A stretch of DNA of 64,000 nt from Gilvimarinus gilvus (GCF_033898585.1 NZ_JAXAFO010000007.1:46272-110271); one strand, 5' to 3'; positions 8,657 to 19,556 are shown, counted from the first letter of the stretch. The notes: generated by a model not told the origin, from the letters alone. Numbers and translations are program-made.

Positions 8657-10735
8657 ATGTCTGCCGATTTTTTGTTTGAACTGGGTACCGAAGAGCTGCC
8701 CCCCGTTGCCCTAAAATCACTGCTCAGTGCGCTTGCCGCTGGGGTCACCGACGGCCTGGCAAAAGCCGGCCTGGAACACGCCGGCCTAGAGAGCTATGCC
8801 GCCCCGCGCCGACTGGCCATTATCATTAAAGATCTGGCGCCGGCCACACCGGTAAAAGAAGTCACCGTGTGGGGGCCGCCGGCAAAAATCGCCTTTGATG
8901 GCGAAGGCAACCCCACCAAGGCCGCTGCAGCCTTTGCCAGTAAGAACGGTTTAGCCGTCAGTGAGCTGACGACCGAAAACGACGGCAAGGCCGACAAACT
9001 GGTGGCCCGTCAACAGGCCGGTGGCGAACAAGCAACCTTGCTACTGGGCGATATTTTTAATGATGCGCTGGCCAAACTGCCTATTCCTAAGCGCATGCGC
9101 TGGGGAGCCCGACGCACTGAGTTCGTGCGCCCGGTACATTGGTTGGTCATGGTGTATGGCGAGGCCGTAGTCGATGCACAAATCCTTGGTCTTAAGTCCG
9201 GCCGTGAATCTCGCGGCCATCGCTTCCACCACAATGAAGCCGTCAGCCTGGCAAATGCTTCTGATTATGTAGAAGCTATGCGCTCAGCCTACGTGCTGGT
9301 GGATATGACCGAGCGCCGCTCACTCATTATCGAACAGGTGAATCAGCAAGCGAGCCAAATAGGCGGCGTCGCGGTGATTGATGAAGACCTGCTAGACGAA
9401 GTGACTGCGCTGGTGGAGTGGCCAGTGGCCCTTACTGGCAAATTTGAAGAGCGCTTTTTGCAAGTGCCGGCGGAGGCTTTGATTTCGTCGATGGCCGAGC
9501 ACCAAAAGTACTTCCACGTGGTGGACAATAACGGCGAGCTGAAACCAAACTTTATCACTCTCGCCAACATTGAATCAAAAGACCCCGCCCAGGTCATCGA
9601 CGGCAATGAGCGCGTTATTCGGCCACGCTTGTCCGACGCGGCTTTTTTCTTCGAAACCGATAAGAAAACCCCTCTCGCCAACCAGCGTGCCCGGCTTAAA
9701 AGCATTGTGTTTCAAGCCAAGCTTGGCAGTATTTTTGATAAAACCGAACGCATTGCGAGCCTCGCCGCCGCCATTGCCGCTGAGATTGGCGCTGATGCCA
9801 CCAAGGCCAAACGCGCCGGTGAGCTGTCCAAGGCGGATCTGGTCACCGAAATGGTACTAGAGTTCGATAAAATGCAGGGCATTGCTGGCTACTACTACGC
9901 GCTCAACGACGGCGAGGACGAAGAAGTCGCTAAGGCACTAACCGAGCAATATTTGCCGAAATACGCGGGTGACAAACTGCCCGAGACCACTACAGGCACC
10001 TTGATTGCGCTGGCCGACCGGCTCGATACCATCGTAGGAATTTTTGGCATTGGCCAAAAACCGACAGGCTCCAAGGATCCGTTCGGCCTGCGTCGTGCCA
10101 GCCTCGGAGCGCTGCGCCTAATGGTCGAGCAAGACATAAACCTCGACCTTAAGGCACTGCTGGAAACCGCTGTAGCCGCTCACGGCGACAGTATCGTCAA
10201 GCCAGAAGACACTGTCGCTGAAGCTTTGGCCTATATGCTGGAGCGCTTTCGCGCCTGGTATGAAGAGGACGCTATTGCCACCGAGGTGTATTTGGCCGTT
10301 GCCGCCAAAGGTATCAGCCATCCGCTGGATATCAACGCTCGCGTACTAGCAGTCGATGCCTTCGCTCGCATGAACGAAGCCGCGGCGCTGGCCGCCGCCA
10401 ACAAGCGCGTGTCGAACATCCTTAGCAAACTTGACCAACAGCCAAGCGGTGCGGTCAATACCGAACTGCTGAGCGAAGACGCCGAAAAACGTTTGGCCGA
10501 AGCGGTTGCCCAAAAAGCGACCTCGGTAACGCCGCTGTATCAGGAGCGCCGCTACGCCGACGCTCTGGCGGAACTTGCGAGCCTGCGCGAGCCGGTCGAT
10601 CGTTTCTTCGACGAGGTGATGGTCATGGCCGAGGATGAATCTTTGCGCAATAACCGTTTAGCACTCTTACATCAACTGCGCAGCTTATTTTTGCAAGTTG
10701 CCGACATTTCACTGCTTGCGCCCAGTAAGGGGTAG
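8657..10735 (+). CDS. glyS: Glycine--tRNA ligase beta subunit
   Basis: 692 aa. Starts 4 nt after the glyQ stop. N-terminus MSADFLFELGTEELP is typical of GlyS. Confidence 0.9.
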   Translation: MSADFLFELGTEELPPVALKSLLSALAAGVTDGLAKAGLEHAGLESYAAPRRLAIIIKDLAPATPVKEVTVWGPPAKIAFDGEGNPTKAAAAFASKNGLAVSELTTENDGKADKLVARQQAGGEQATLLLGDIFNDALAKLPIPKRMRWGARRTEFVRPVHWLVMVYGEAVVDAQILGLKSGRESRGHRFHHNEAVSLANASDYVEAMRSAYVLVDMTERRSLIIEQVNQQASQIGGVAVIDEDLLDEVTALVEWPVALTGKFEERFLQVPAEALISSMAEHQKYFHVVDNNGELKPNFITLANIESKDPAQVIDGNERVIRPRLSDAAFFFETDKKTPLANQRARLKSIVFQAKLGSIFDKTERIASLAAAIAAEIGADATKAKRAGELSKADLVTEMVLEFDKMQGIAGYYYALNDGEDEEVAKALTEQYLPKYAGDKLPETTTGTLIALADRLDTIVGIFGIGQKPTGSKDPFGLRRASLGALRLMVEQDINLDLKALLETAVAAHGDSIVKPEDTVAEALAYMLERFRAWYEEDAIATEVYLAVAAKGISHPLDINARVLAVDAFARMNEAAALAAANKRVSNILSKLDQQPSGAVNTELLSEDAEKRLAEAVAQKATSVTPLYQERRYADALAELASLREPVDRFFDEVMVMAEDESLRNNRLALLHQLRSLFLQVADISLLAPSKG

Positions 10736-10739
10736 GAAT

Positions 10740-11300
10740 ATGAAACTGGCGATTCTCGACCGGGACGGAGTCATCAACCGCGACAGCGGTAACTACATCC
10801 GCTCGGCCGACCAGTGGATTCCCATTGCCGGCAGCATTGAAGCCATTGCCCGGCTCAGTGCGGCGGGCTATACCGTGGTGGTCGCGACCAATCAATCCGG
10901 GTTGGCACGCGGCTTTTTCGATCTCGACGACCTCGAGGCCATGCACGCCAAACTGACCGAATTGGTGGAAGATGCCGGTGGCCAAATAAGCGCTATTTTT
11001 TATTGCCCACACGGGCCCGACGATCAGTGCAAGTGCCGCAAACCGTTACCGGGTCTGCTGGATGCCATCGAGGCTGAATTTAATGTCGGTGCGCAAGACG
11101 CTATATTGGTGGGCGACAGCTTGCGCGACTTACAGGCTGGCCTCGCAAAGGGCTGCCAACTATGTTTGGTATTAACCGGCAATGGCGAACAAACACTAAA
11201 CCAATTGAATGGCCAAGCAACCGGCTCTTACACATTAGATGACAACCCGGTCGAAGTATTCTCTGATTTGAGTGCTGTTGTCGATAAGCTACTGTCGTAA
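10740..11300 (+). CDS. gmhB: D-glycero-beta-D-manno-heptose-1,7-bisphosphate 7-phosphatase (HAD family)
   Basis: MKLAILDRDGVIN… HAD motif I. Shine-Dalgarno AAGGGG. Follows glyS, as in Pseudomonas. Confidence 0.85.
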   Translation: MKLAILDRDGVINRDSGNYIRSADQWIPIAGSIEAIARLSAAGYTVVVATNQSGLARGFFDLDDLEAMHAKLTELVEDAGGQISAIFYCPHGPDDQCKCRKPLPGLLDAIEAEFNVGAQDAILVGDSLRDLQAGLAKGCQLCLVLTGNGEQTLNQLNGQATGSYTLDDNPVEVFSDLSAVVDKLLS

Positions 11301-11314
11301 ATTTTCCTACAAGG

Positions 11315-12106
11315 ATGACCCCATTGCTCTACCTACGCACACTGCTTTTCAATGCCGGTTATTACCTGACCGGGGTGATTGCCGGTAGCCTTAGCGTTCT
11401 GCTGTGGCCTCTATTGCCCTACCGGTTGCGTTGGCGCTTTATCACCTTATGGAATCGGTTTGTTATGTTTTGGCTGCGGGTAACCTGCGGTATCCGTTTT
11501 AAAGTCATTGATCAGCGCACCCGTAAAGACCACCCAGTTGTGGTCATGGCCAAACACCAAAGCACCTGGGAAACCATGTTTTTACAATATTATATGGCCC
11601 CCATTAGCACTATTCTTAAAAAAGAATTGATGCGCATACCGTTTTTCGGTTGGGGCCTGGCCGCATTGAAGCCTATTGCCATCGACCGGTCCAACCGTAT
11701 GCAGGCACTCAAGGAAGTAAAAAGCAAAGGAATTGAGCGTTTACAGGAAGGTATCAGCGTGCTGATTTTTCCCGAGGGAACCCGTATGCCCCTCGGCAAA
11801 GTAGGCACTTACTACCGAAGTGGCGCTGACATTGCTTGCGCTGCTAAGGTTCCCGTGGTGCCGGTAGCGCACAATGCCGCCGAGTGTTGGCCACACAAGC
11901 ACTTCCGCAAGTACCCGGGCACGATTACCGTGGTCATTGGCGAGGCGATGTATACGGAAAATGCCGACCGCAAAGCGCTGACAGAGCAGGTAAAAGTCTG
12001 GACTGAAACAACCATTGCCAATCTACCGCTGGCGCGCAAAGACGGTATATACAGCCCGCAACAAGCCGTGAAAAACACCCAGCCTGAACAAGAGCAGGCA
12101 TCGTAA
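11315..12106 (+). CDS. 1-acyl-sn-glycerol-3-phosphate / lysophospholipid acyltransferase
   Basis: H(X4)D motif (AKHQSTWET) and FPEGTR motif. Confidence 0.8.
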   Translation: MTPLLYLRTLLFNAGYYLTGVIAGSLSVLLWPLLPYRLRWRFITLWNRFVMFWLRVTCGIRFKVIDQRTRKDHPVVVMAKHQSTWETMFLQYYMAPISTILKKELMRIPFFGWGLAALKPIAIDRSNRMQALKEVKSKGIERLQEGISVLIFPEGTRMPLGKVGTYYRSGADIACAAKVPVVPVAHNAAECWPHKHFRKYPGTITVVIGEAMYTENADRKALTEQVKVWTETTIANLPLARKDGIYSPQQAVKNTQPEQEQAS

Positions 12107-12121
12107 CGGTGCGCCAATTAA

Positions 12122-13270
12122 TCAAGGTGCTTCTGGCACCTTAGAGACGGGCCTCGCAACAACGTTCTGCCGCCACTGTTTGAGCTCTGCCTGCAATAGT
12201 GGCCTCGCCCAAGCGCCTGTATCGACGGGCCGCCCAAACCAAACTGTGCGCGCCGAACCGGTGGCGGAACTGTGCAACGGGGTGGAGCTGACAATGTCAT
12301 ATCGCTGTGCCCAGAGGGCCTTATCGGGTAGACGTTCCCTACTTTTAAGCGACGTGACGGAGCGCGTCGACGCCTCGGATTGCCTCGCCAACCAGCGCTG
12401 CAGCGTGTTGCCGCGAAACCACTCGGCCGCTCCTTCCACCGAGCGCACGATCTCCGCAGGTGGGCGTTTTATGGCCATTAAGTACCGAACCACTCGCACA
12501 CTTAGCGGGACATTGAGTGCCGCTATAGCCTCACCATCCGCTGCATCGGCAAGGGAAGTACTCAACCGATACGCCGACGCCCAGATTGCGAGTCGGCTGT
12601 CGTAGGCCTGCTGCATACGCAACAACAATTGGTCGCCTTTGCGCACAGCTTCGGCCGCCTGCCGGCGCATATCAAAGGGAATGTAACCGTAGGGAATCTC
12701 TCCGGCTGCAACTTTGCGCAAAAACACCTGTGCATCGAGGGTTGTCGCGGTATCAATCAGCACGGCTTCGCCCTCTTGGGGCTGATCACTGGCCTGCAAC
12801 GTCCAGCCGCCATTATAGACCTGTGAAGCCATAATCAATCGTATCGCCCGGCGCGCTGCGTTGCGATAGCGCACATCACCGGTTTGCAGATACACATGGG
12901 ACAAATAAAACACTTGCGGAAAAATATTGTAGTTGCGAAAGCTGGAATCTTTCGCATTCTGATCTTTAAGATACTGCAGGCGCTCTGTGTCACTGAGCCG
13001 GCGAAAAGGATTGTGATAAGCCGGCCAGCCGCCATTATTGCGCTGCATTAGCAGTAAATTTTCGGCAACAGGCAAAATATCGGCAGGCGGATACTGACTT
13101 TTCTGTGCGCCGGATAAGCCACTTTGCTGATGCCAAAAATCAACCACGCTGGCAAAATTCGCTGTGGGAATTTCGCGATATACCGGCTCGTGAGCCGTAC
13201 AGCCCACTACCCCCATCAAGGCGGCCAGCAGTATACTGAGACTGAGCGAAATAAGCGGCTGATTATTCAT
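12122..13270 (-). CDS. PL10-like pectate lyase lipoprotein (Pec_lyase family)
   Basis: Lipobox LMGVVGC. Repeated NGGW motifs (RNNGGWPAYHN, VYNGGWTLQ) consistent with the PL10 (alpha/alpha)-barrel family. ATG chosen at MNNQPL. Confidence 0.55.
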   Translation of the reverse strand: MNNQPLISLSLSILLAALMGVVGCTAHEPVYREIPTANFASVVDFWHQQSGLSGAQKSQYPPADILPVAENLLLMQRNNGGWPAYHNPFRRLSDTERLQYLKDQNAKDSSFRNYNIFPQVFYLSHVYLQTGDVRYRNAARRAIRLIMASQVYNGGWTLQASDQPQEGEAVLIDTATTLDAQVFLRKVAAGEIPYGYIPFDMRRQAAEAVRKGDQLLLRMQQAYDSRLAIWASAYRLSTSLADAADGEAIAALNVPLSVRVVRYLMAIKRPPAEIVRSVEGAAEWFRGNTLQRWLARQSEASTRSVTSLKSRERLPDKALWAQRYDIVSSTPLHSSATGSARTVWFGRPVDTGAWARPLLQAELKQWRQNVVARPVSKVPEAP

Positions 13271-13367
13271 TCTATGTGGCGTCGGCAATGGCCAACCATT
13301 GTAGCGCAAAGACCGACTGGCGGCGATGCCATGGCCCTTTCGTAAAAGTCACCCACGTTAAGAATCG

Positions 13368-14678
13368 CTAAAGCTCATCGTCCAAAATGGAGCAATTCCT
13401 GCCCAGAGCCTTAGCTTTGTACAAACACGTGTCAGCGCGATCAAATACACTTTCAAAACTCTCACCGTCACGCATTTGCGCCACACCCAAACTGACGCTG
13501 ACCGCCATGGGCTGTTCGACAAAGAACTCGCTAGAAAACACCCGGTGACGAATTTTTTCCGCGATCATCAACGACTGCGCCGAATTGGTTGCGGGGCAAA
13601 CAAGTAGGTACTCCTCTCCCCCCCAGCGCGCCAGCAAATCATCGCCCCGGGTATTGTTCAATAATATATTTGATACCTCACGAATAACGCGGTCGCCTTC
13701 GGAGTGGCCGCGTCTGTCGTTGATGCGCTTAAAATGATCAATATCGATCAAGATAAATGCCATCGGTTGAACAGCCGCCATATCCAATTTTTCAAACGCG
13801 CTGGTTAACGCCCGTCGATTAGGCAAACCCGACAATGTGTCGCGCTCAGACAATGACTTCAGGCTGGCCGCTTCGCCACGCAACTCGCGGTGACGGCTGG
13901 CAAGGTGCCTGAATTTTTTTTCACTACCGCGGGCCTGTTTCCGCCAGTAAACCGCATTGTAGAGTAAATAAAGTACCATCCCGATAATCCACGTCAGCAG
14001 GATTGCCAAGTACCAGGTTTCTGCTTTCACCATGTCACCGGATAAGGTCACCTGATTGATGGTAAATTCATGTACTCCACCATTTAACCGATCTCGCGCA
14101 TCAATCCCCATTAACACAACATTGCTAAAGTCGGGTTGGGTGTACTCTCGCTCAATGTCGCGGTTCACAAGCCACCATTCCGAAACCGAAAACTCATCAA
14201 AGCTAATTGCTATCGGTTGGTCTAAATCCCTTACTCGCAATGGCAGGGAAATATGCTGTGTTGAATTGAAATCAGAGGCGTCCGAATAATCCGGATTAAA
14301 GTTGCGAAAAATTAAAGATATTCGAGACTGATCACTGTTAATATCGATATCCAACAACAAGGTGTCGTAATGACTGAAGTCGATCCCTCGGGTAAAATCT
14401 CCCGGATCTAGCGTTAACTCTAGACTGACGCCGCAGTAGGTAGAGGGCAGCTCCATGTTAAAGCGAATACAACGAAAACTGAGATTTTCCTGATCTATCC
14501 ACTCACCAAGAGTGCCTCCGCCCTCAGTTTTATCGTAATAAAGGTAGGTGATTTGGTCGGCACCAGCGACTAATTGCAACTGCCGCTTCGGTAAATAATC
14601 GCGAAGGGCAATAAGCAAAATGGTCAGTAGGAGAGCACAAAGCAATACCCACTGTTTTTGATTATCCGCTACAGCCAA
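13368..14678 (-). CDS. Membrane-anchored diguanylate cyclase (periplasmic sensor domain + GGDEF)
   Basis: TM, periplasmic domain of about 200 aa, TM, then GGDEF (RWGGEEYLL, GGEEY active site). Confidence 0.8.
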   Translation of the reverse strand: MAVADNQKQWVLLCALLLTILLIALRDYLPKRQLQLVAGADQITYLYYDKTEGGGTLGEWIDQENLSFRCIRFNMELPSTYCGVSLELTLDPGDFTRGIDFSHYDTLLLDIDINSDQSRISLIFRNFNPDYSDASDFNSTQHISLPLRVRDLDQPIAISFDEFSVSEWWLVNRDIEREYTQPDFSNVVLMGIDARDRLNGGVHEFTINQVTLSGDMVKAETWYLAILLTWIIGMVLYLLYNAVYWRKQARGSEKKFRHLASRHRELRGEAASLKSLSERDTLSGLPNRRALTSAFEKLDMAAVQPMAFILIDIDHFKRINDRRGHSEGDRVIREVSNILLNNTRGDDLLARWGGEEYLLVCPATNSAQSLMIAEKIRHRVFSSEFFVEQPMAVSVSLGVAQMRDGESFESVFDRADTCLYKAKALGRNCSILDDEL

Positions 14679-14735
14679 TCAGGTCACCTCGGAAAAGCCA
14701 TTGTGGCACCACTTGTCAATACAGAAAATTTTGCG

Positions 14736-16055
14736 TCAAACATCTTCTGTTTCAACAACACTGCAATTGCGCCCCATAGCTTTTGCACGATAGAGGCAAT
14801 CGTCTGCGCGGCGCAGGGCGTGTTCAAATGATTGTTCTGAGCCCATAGCAGCGATACCTAAACTTATGGTTACGGTCAATTTTTTAGCGGTAAAATACTC
14901 GTCATTAAAAATACGTTGGCGGATTTTTTCTCCCACTTGATGCGCTTGCTGTGTCGATGTATGCGGCAGCACGAGCAGAAACTCTTCTCCTCCCCAACGT
15001 GAAAGTACATCCTGCTCGCGGCTGTGATTGTGCAATATCTCTGCAACCCGGCAAATAACTTTGTCGCCCTCCAGATGACCTCGTCGATCATTGATTCGCT
15101 TAAAGTGATCAATATCGAACATCACAAGCGACACCGGCGCTACACTGGGTATATGCCACTGCTCTATCGCCTGCGCCAAGCCGTATCGATTGAGCAGACC
15201 GGACAGCCCGTCGCGCCGGCTAATTTCCGTAAGCACTTGCGTTTTGTCGTACAGGTTCTTGTGCTCATCCGCCAGATTTTCGTATTTCTTTGCCGTCTCT
15301 ATCGCTTTTTTACGGTGTGTTACGCTAACAAAAATCAGGTAGAGCAAAGTTCCACTCCAAAAAAACACAATAATGCCGAGATACCAATGCTTTTCACTGA
15401 ACCAAGGGCCGGTGAGCGCAATATGCTTTATAACAATATCGTTGTTACCCGCCGGTAAATTGCTCCCCATATTGATGCCAAGCAGTGTAATGTTATTGAA
15501 CTCGGGTGACCGATACGGCCTTTCTAACTTGCGCTGGTTCATCCACCAATCGGCCAGACTGAACTCTGAAAAATCTATACGGAGCTCGGGTTCACGATCC
15601 TCGGGGCGGATAACAAACTGAATATACTGCGCGCTATTGCCGTCCTCGAGTGTCGAATACGCAGGATTGAAGTTGCGCAAAAAAACGGTGATAAGATCGG
15701 CCTGCGTGCGATAGTCCAACGCTAGAACGAGTTCGCTGTAATCGGAAAAATCAATACCTTGCGAATACTCATGTCCGAGCGCCAGATTAAACCCACAGAA
15801 CTGTGATTCCAACGTCGCCTCGCGCCGGCAGCGCCAATGGTGTTGATCAGCATTGACCCAACTGGCGGTGTTAGCGCCACCTATACCGGAATCATCATAC
15901 AAATAGTAGGTGCCCTCCGGATGAGGCATAAGCACGAGCCGCCGCTCGGGAATCCAGCGGTAAACAAGAACAAATAGTGCCGACACTATAAGTAGAACGA
16001 CAATAGCAAGGTGACCTTTTTTAACCGATTGACTCAACCCGATCGCTCTCCTCAT
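14736..16055 (-). CDS. Membrane-anchored diguanylate cyclase, tandem paralog of the upstream gene
   Basis: Same architecture. Shared periplasmic motifs YLYDD…W…RC…FCG…GIDFS.Y…VFLRNFNP.YS…NS.QYI. GGDEF core RWGGEEFLL. Confidence 0.8.
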   Translation of the reverse strand: MRRAIGLSQSVKKGHLAIVVLLIVSALFVLVYRWIPERRLVLMPHPEGTYYLYDDSGIGGANTASWVNADQHHWRCRREATLESQFCGFNLALGHEYSQGIDFSDYSELVLALDYRTQADLITVFLRNFNPAYSTLEDGNSAQYIQFVIRPEDREPELRIDFSEFSLADWWMNQRKLERPYRSPEFNNITLLGINMGSNLPAGNNDIVIKHIALTGPWFSEKHWYLGIIVFFWSGTLLYLIFVSVTHRKKAIETAKKYENLADEHKNLYDKTQVLTEISRRDGLSGLLNRYGLAQAIEQWHIPSVAPVSLVMFDIDHFKRINDRRGHLEGDKVICRVAEILHNHSREQDVLSRWGGEEFLLVLPHTSTQQAHQVGEKIRQRIFNDEYFTAKKLTVTISLGIAAMGSEQSFEHALRRADDCLYRAKAMGRNCSVVETEDV

Positions 16056-16120
16056 ATAGGCCGCTCAAAGGCGGCTTATATCAGTTTAGCAGTAAAAACA
16101 GACCTTCAGAGAGCCAAAAA

Positions 16121-17815
16121 TTAGCCAACTTGGTCGCGTTGGGAACCATCAACCGTCAAGGCCTGGGAACGACTAATACCGTTTAGCAAGGCGCGAACCG
16201 CCGCCGCGACAATACTTTTATCGCGCCCAACGCCAAAAACGGGCGGCTGATCAGAGATTTTCAACTCAATATAGCCGACCGCCTCTCCCAATGCTCCACC
16301 GCCTTGAATCGCGTGCTCATGGTAATCCACGACCTGAATATCGACACCTAACCGGTCTGCCAAAGCGGCCACAGCAGCCGCAATCGGACCACTACCCTGA
16401 CCAAAGAGCCGCTCAGTATTACCTTTGAAGTCGACGTCGACGGCCAGTGTGACAGACTCGTCGGTACTGTGTTGCTCGATGTTCTTATAGGCCAGCTCGT
16501 TCGGGCGCTGTAAATATTCCGACTCAAACAGGGCAAAAATATCGGCACTGCGCGCCTCTTTTCCCGTGCTATCTGTGTGGGCCTGGACGATACGGCTAAA
16601 TTCAATTTGCAGCCGGCGCGGTATATCCAACCCATACTCCTGTGCCAGCAGAAAACTGATCCCGCCCTTGCCGGACTGGCTATTGACCCTCACCACAGAC
16701 TCATAATCGCGGCCCAAATCCTTGGGGTCAATGGGTAAGTAGGGCACACGCCAATGCTCCCCTTCCCTGCGGACAGCAAAACCCTTTTTAATAGCATCCT
16801 GATGCGATCCAGAAAATGCGGTAAAAACCAACTCCCCCGCGTACGGGTGACGTGGATGAACGGGTATTTTGTTGCATTGCTCGACTAATTGGCGCACTTC
16901 ATCGATGCGACTAAAATCCAGACCCGGCGCCACCCCCTGAGTGTACATATTCAAAGCCAATGTCACCAAGTCAACATTTCCGGTGCGTTCACCGTTGCCA
17001 AAAAGACATCCCTCGACTCGATCTGCCCCCGCCATGATCGCTAACTCTGCGGCGGCCACGGCAGTGCCGCGATCATTGTGCGGGTGCACACTGAGTGTGA
17101 TGCTTTCACGCCGCGCAATATGCCGATGCATCCACTCAATTTGATCGGCATAGGTGTTGGGCGTCGACATTTCTACCGTGGCGGGCAAATTTACTATCAT
17201 TTTGTGATCAGCGGTGGGCTGCCATATGGCCGACACGGCATCCACAACCTCTTTTGCAAACTCAAGCTCCGTACTGGAAAACACTTCGGGCGAGTACTGA
17301 TAAACCCACTCGGTATTCGGATATTGAGCTACCGCCTGTTTCACCCAATGGGTACCCTGCTCGGCAATGGCTTTGACACCGTCCTGATCCGTGCGATAGA
17401 CAATCTCGCGAAAATCCGGTGCGGTGGGGTTGTACATATGCACAATGGCCCGATGGGCTCCCTGTACGGATTCTACAGTGCGGTTAATCAACTCTTCGCG
17501 GGCTTGGGTCAGAACCTCGATGGTGACGTCCGCCGGAATATGATCTTGCTCGATCAGCAACCGGACAAACTCAAAATCCGTGGCCGACGCGGACGGAAAG
17601 CCAACCTCAATTTCTTTGAAGCCCATAGCGACCAAGGCTTTGAAAAACTTCAGTTTAGTCGCCACTGACATAGGGTCAATCAACGCCTGATTACCATCGC
17701 GCAAATCGGTACTCATCCAAATCGGAGGCTGCTCAATGGCTCTGTTCGGCCACTGGCGCTCTGGCAGAGCAACGGGCCTGAAGGCTTGGTATTTTTGGCT
17801 TGGCTGCTTCAACAT
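16121..17815 (-). CDS. leuA: 2-isopropylmalate synthase (long form, about 560 aa)
   Basis: DRE-TIM barrel signature ([21 protein letters not shown]) plus the C-terminal LeuA regulatory domain. Confidence 0.9.
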   Translation of the reverse strand: MLKQPSQKYQAFRPVALPERQWPNRAIEQPPIWMSTDLRDGNQALIDPMSVATKLKFFKALVAMGFKEIEVGFPSASATDFEFVRLLIEQDHIPADVTIEVLTQAREELINRTVESVQGAHRAIVHMYNPTAPDFREIVYRTDQDGVKAIAEQGTHWVKQAVAQYPNTEWVYQYSPEVFSSTELEFAKEVVDAVSAIWQPTADHKMIVNLPATVEMSTPNTYADQIEWMHRHIARRESITLSVHPHNDRGTAVAAAELAIMAGADRVEGCLFGNGERTGNVDLVTLALNMYTQGVAPGLDFSRIDEVRQLVEQCNKIPVHPRHPYAGELVFTAFSGSHQDAIKKGFAVRREGEHWRVPYLPIDPKDLGRDYESVVRVNSQSGKGGISFLLAQEYGLDIPRRLQIEFSRIVQAHTDSTGKEARSADIFALFESEYLQRPNELAYKNIEQHSTDESVTLAVDVDFKGNTERLFGQGSGPIAAAVAALADRLGVDIQVVDYHEHAIQGGGALGEAVGYIELKISDQPPVFGVGRDKSIVAAAVRALLNGISRSQALTVDGSQRDQVG

Positions 17816-18078
17816 ATCGTTTTCCCGTGTCTGTGTAGTTAGGTAAGCGGGTAAGGCAGTAACTCGGTGTCATGGGGATCACCCAAGGAACGCGCTACTA
17901 TGAGCTTTTGGCTCGAAGCCATTGCCGGCGGGTGACCCGCGCTGACTTTCCTACCCTTTGCGTAAAGTCTAAAGGAGCTACAGCAGCATATGATTGCGAA
18001 ACTACCGTTATATTTACATTAATTAGCATATTGTTGCGCTACTATCTCCATAAGTGAAATTTAGAAAGGGAAGGCTCA

Positions 18079-18558
18079 GTGACAACGCAACTCGACCGAT
18101 ACGATGGCATGATATTAGAGCGCTTACAGCGCGAAGGGCGTATTTCCAATCAGGAATTGGCCGATGCCATTAGCCTATCGCCCTCACCGTGCTTACGGCG
18201 GGTACGACAGCTTGAAGAAGACGGACTGATCGACGGCTACGTTGCTTTGCTTAACGCCCGCAAACTAGGCTTGAACCTAATGGCGTTTATCCATATCAGC
18301 ATGGATAAACATACACCCGAGCGATTCGAGCATTTTGAGACCACAATAGCCAGCTACCCCGAGGTACTGGAGTGTCATTTGATCACCGGTCAAAGTGCTG
18401 ACTATTTGCTTAAAGTTATTGTTGAGGACATGGATGCATTTCAGCAGTTTTTACTGGGTAAGCTCACCCGTGTTGAAGGGGTCAACGGTGTTCAATCTTC
18501 ATTCGTGCTGAAATCCCCGATTCGCACGACAGCTCTGCCAATACAACACAGGGCCTAA
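18079..18558 (+). CDS. lrp: Lrp/AsnC-family transcriptional regulator (GTG start)
   Basis: HTH …RISNQELADAISLSPSPCLRRVRQLEEDGLI… plus an RAM domain. Divergent from leuA. Confidence 0.85.
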   Translation: MTTQLDRYDGMILERLQREGRISNQELADAISLSPSPCLRRVRQLEEDGLIDGYVALLNARKLGLNLMAFIHISMDKHTPERFEHFETTIASYPEVLECHLITGQSADYLLKVIVEDMDAFQQFLLGKLTRVEGVNGVQSSFVLKSPIRTTALPIQHRA

Positions 18559-18587
18559 TGCATACCATGCAAATTCGAGGTTGCTCA

Positions 18588-19511
18588 ATGCGCTTTATAT
18601 CTACATTTTTTCTGTCAGGGCTACTCGCGACCGGGTCCGCCACAGCCGACAGCGAGACCGCGCGCGCCGAACCACAGCTCAAACGCATAAGCTATAACAG
18701 CACGGCAGACAATAAGGCGCGCGACTTTTATCTTTATTTACCGCGCGAATACGAGACCGACAGCGAGCGCTCATGGCCTGTTATCGTATTCCTGCACGGC
18801 AACGGCGAAAGAGGCAACGGAAAAGATGAACTGGATTATGTGCTAATACATGGCCCCGTTTACGAAGCCTGGATACAGAAAAATGACTTGCCGTTTATTA
18901 TCATCTCCCCTCAGCTGCACATGTTTGATATGGACAAACGGGGCATAAGCTACATTGACAATCGCACCCGATCACAAATACCGCAGCGCCTGGAGGATGG
19001 AACACCGCCAAGAGACCCGTATTTTGCCACGCCACAAGCTATGACTGGCATGCCAGAACATAAGGACATGAGTAACGTGCCACCCATGCTGCCCGAAGGA
19101 TGGGACAAGGTGGAAACCGACCTACTCAACATTATTAGCACGGTGCAAACCAACTACAGAACCGATAAAAACCGACTTTATTTAACCGGCATGAGTTATG
19201 GCGGCTTTGGCGCCTGGTGGCTTGCCAGTAAACACCCCGAGCTGTTTGCAGCCATTGCCCCGGTTGTGGGCTGGGGGCATCCGTCCTATATTGCGCCTAT
19301 CGCCAAACATCAGATCCCAATTTGGCAATTCGCTGGCGGCCGTGATCAAACCGTGCCGGCGCAGTACTTTTACCCGGCGCTTAATCGACTCGAACAGCTC
19401 GGCCACCCCAACGTCCGATTCACCATTCATGAGGACATGGGACACGACGCCTGGCGGCGGGTCTACCGCAGTGAAGACTTCTACCGCTGGCTGCTCGACC
19501 AAAGCCGCTAG
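18588..19511 (+). CDS. Secreted alpha/beta-hydrolase (esterase / PHB-depolymerase-like)
   Basis: Signal peptide MRFISTFFLSGLLATGSATA. GMSYGG nucleophile elbow. HGNGERG motif. Confidence 0.6.
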   Translation: MRFISTFFLSGLLATGSATADSETARAEPQLKRISYNSTADNKARDFYLYLPREYETDSERSWPVIVFLHGNGERGNGKDELDYVLIHGPVYEAWIQKNDLPFIIISPQLHMFDMDKRGISYIDNRTRSQIPQRLEDGTPPRDPYFATPQAMTGMPEHKDMSNVPPMLPEGWDKVETDLLNIISTVQTNYRTDKNRLYLTGMSYGGFGAWWLASKHPELFAAIAPVVGWGHPSYIAPIAKHQIPIWQFAGGRDQTVPAQYFYPALNRLEQLGHPNVRFTIHEDMGHDAWRRVYRSEDFYRWLLDQSR

Positions 19512-19556
19512 CGCTGGGCGGTATACACCTCAGCCAAAACCGTTGGCCGCGACGGA

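Noticed and set aside
9508-9523. parS-like half-site ACTTCCACGTGGTGGA inside glyS
   Set aside because: Only one half of the palindrome matches (CCACGTGG core with a non-matching right arm). It was judged a chance occurrence.
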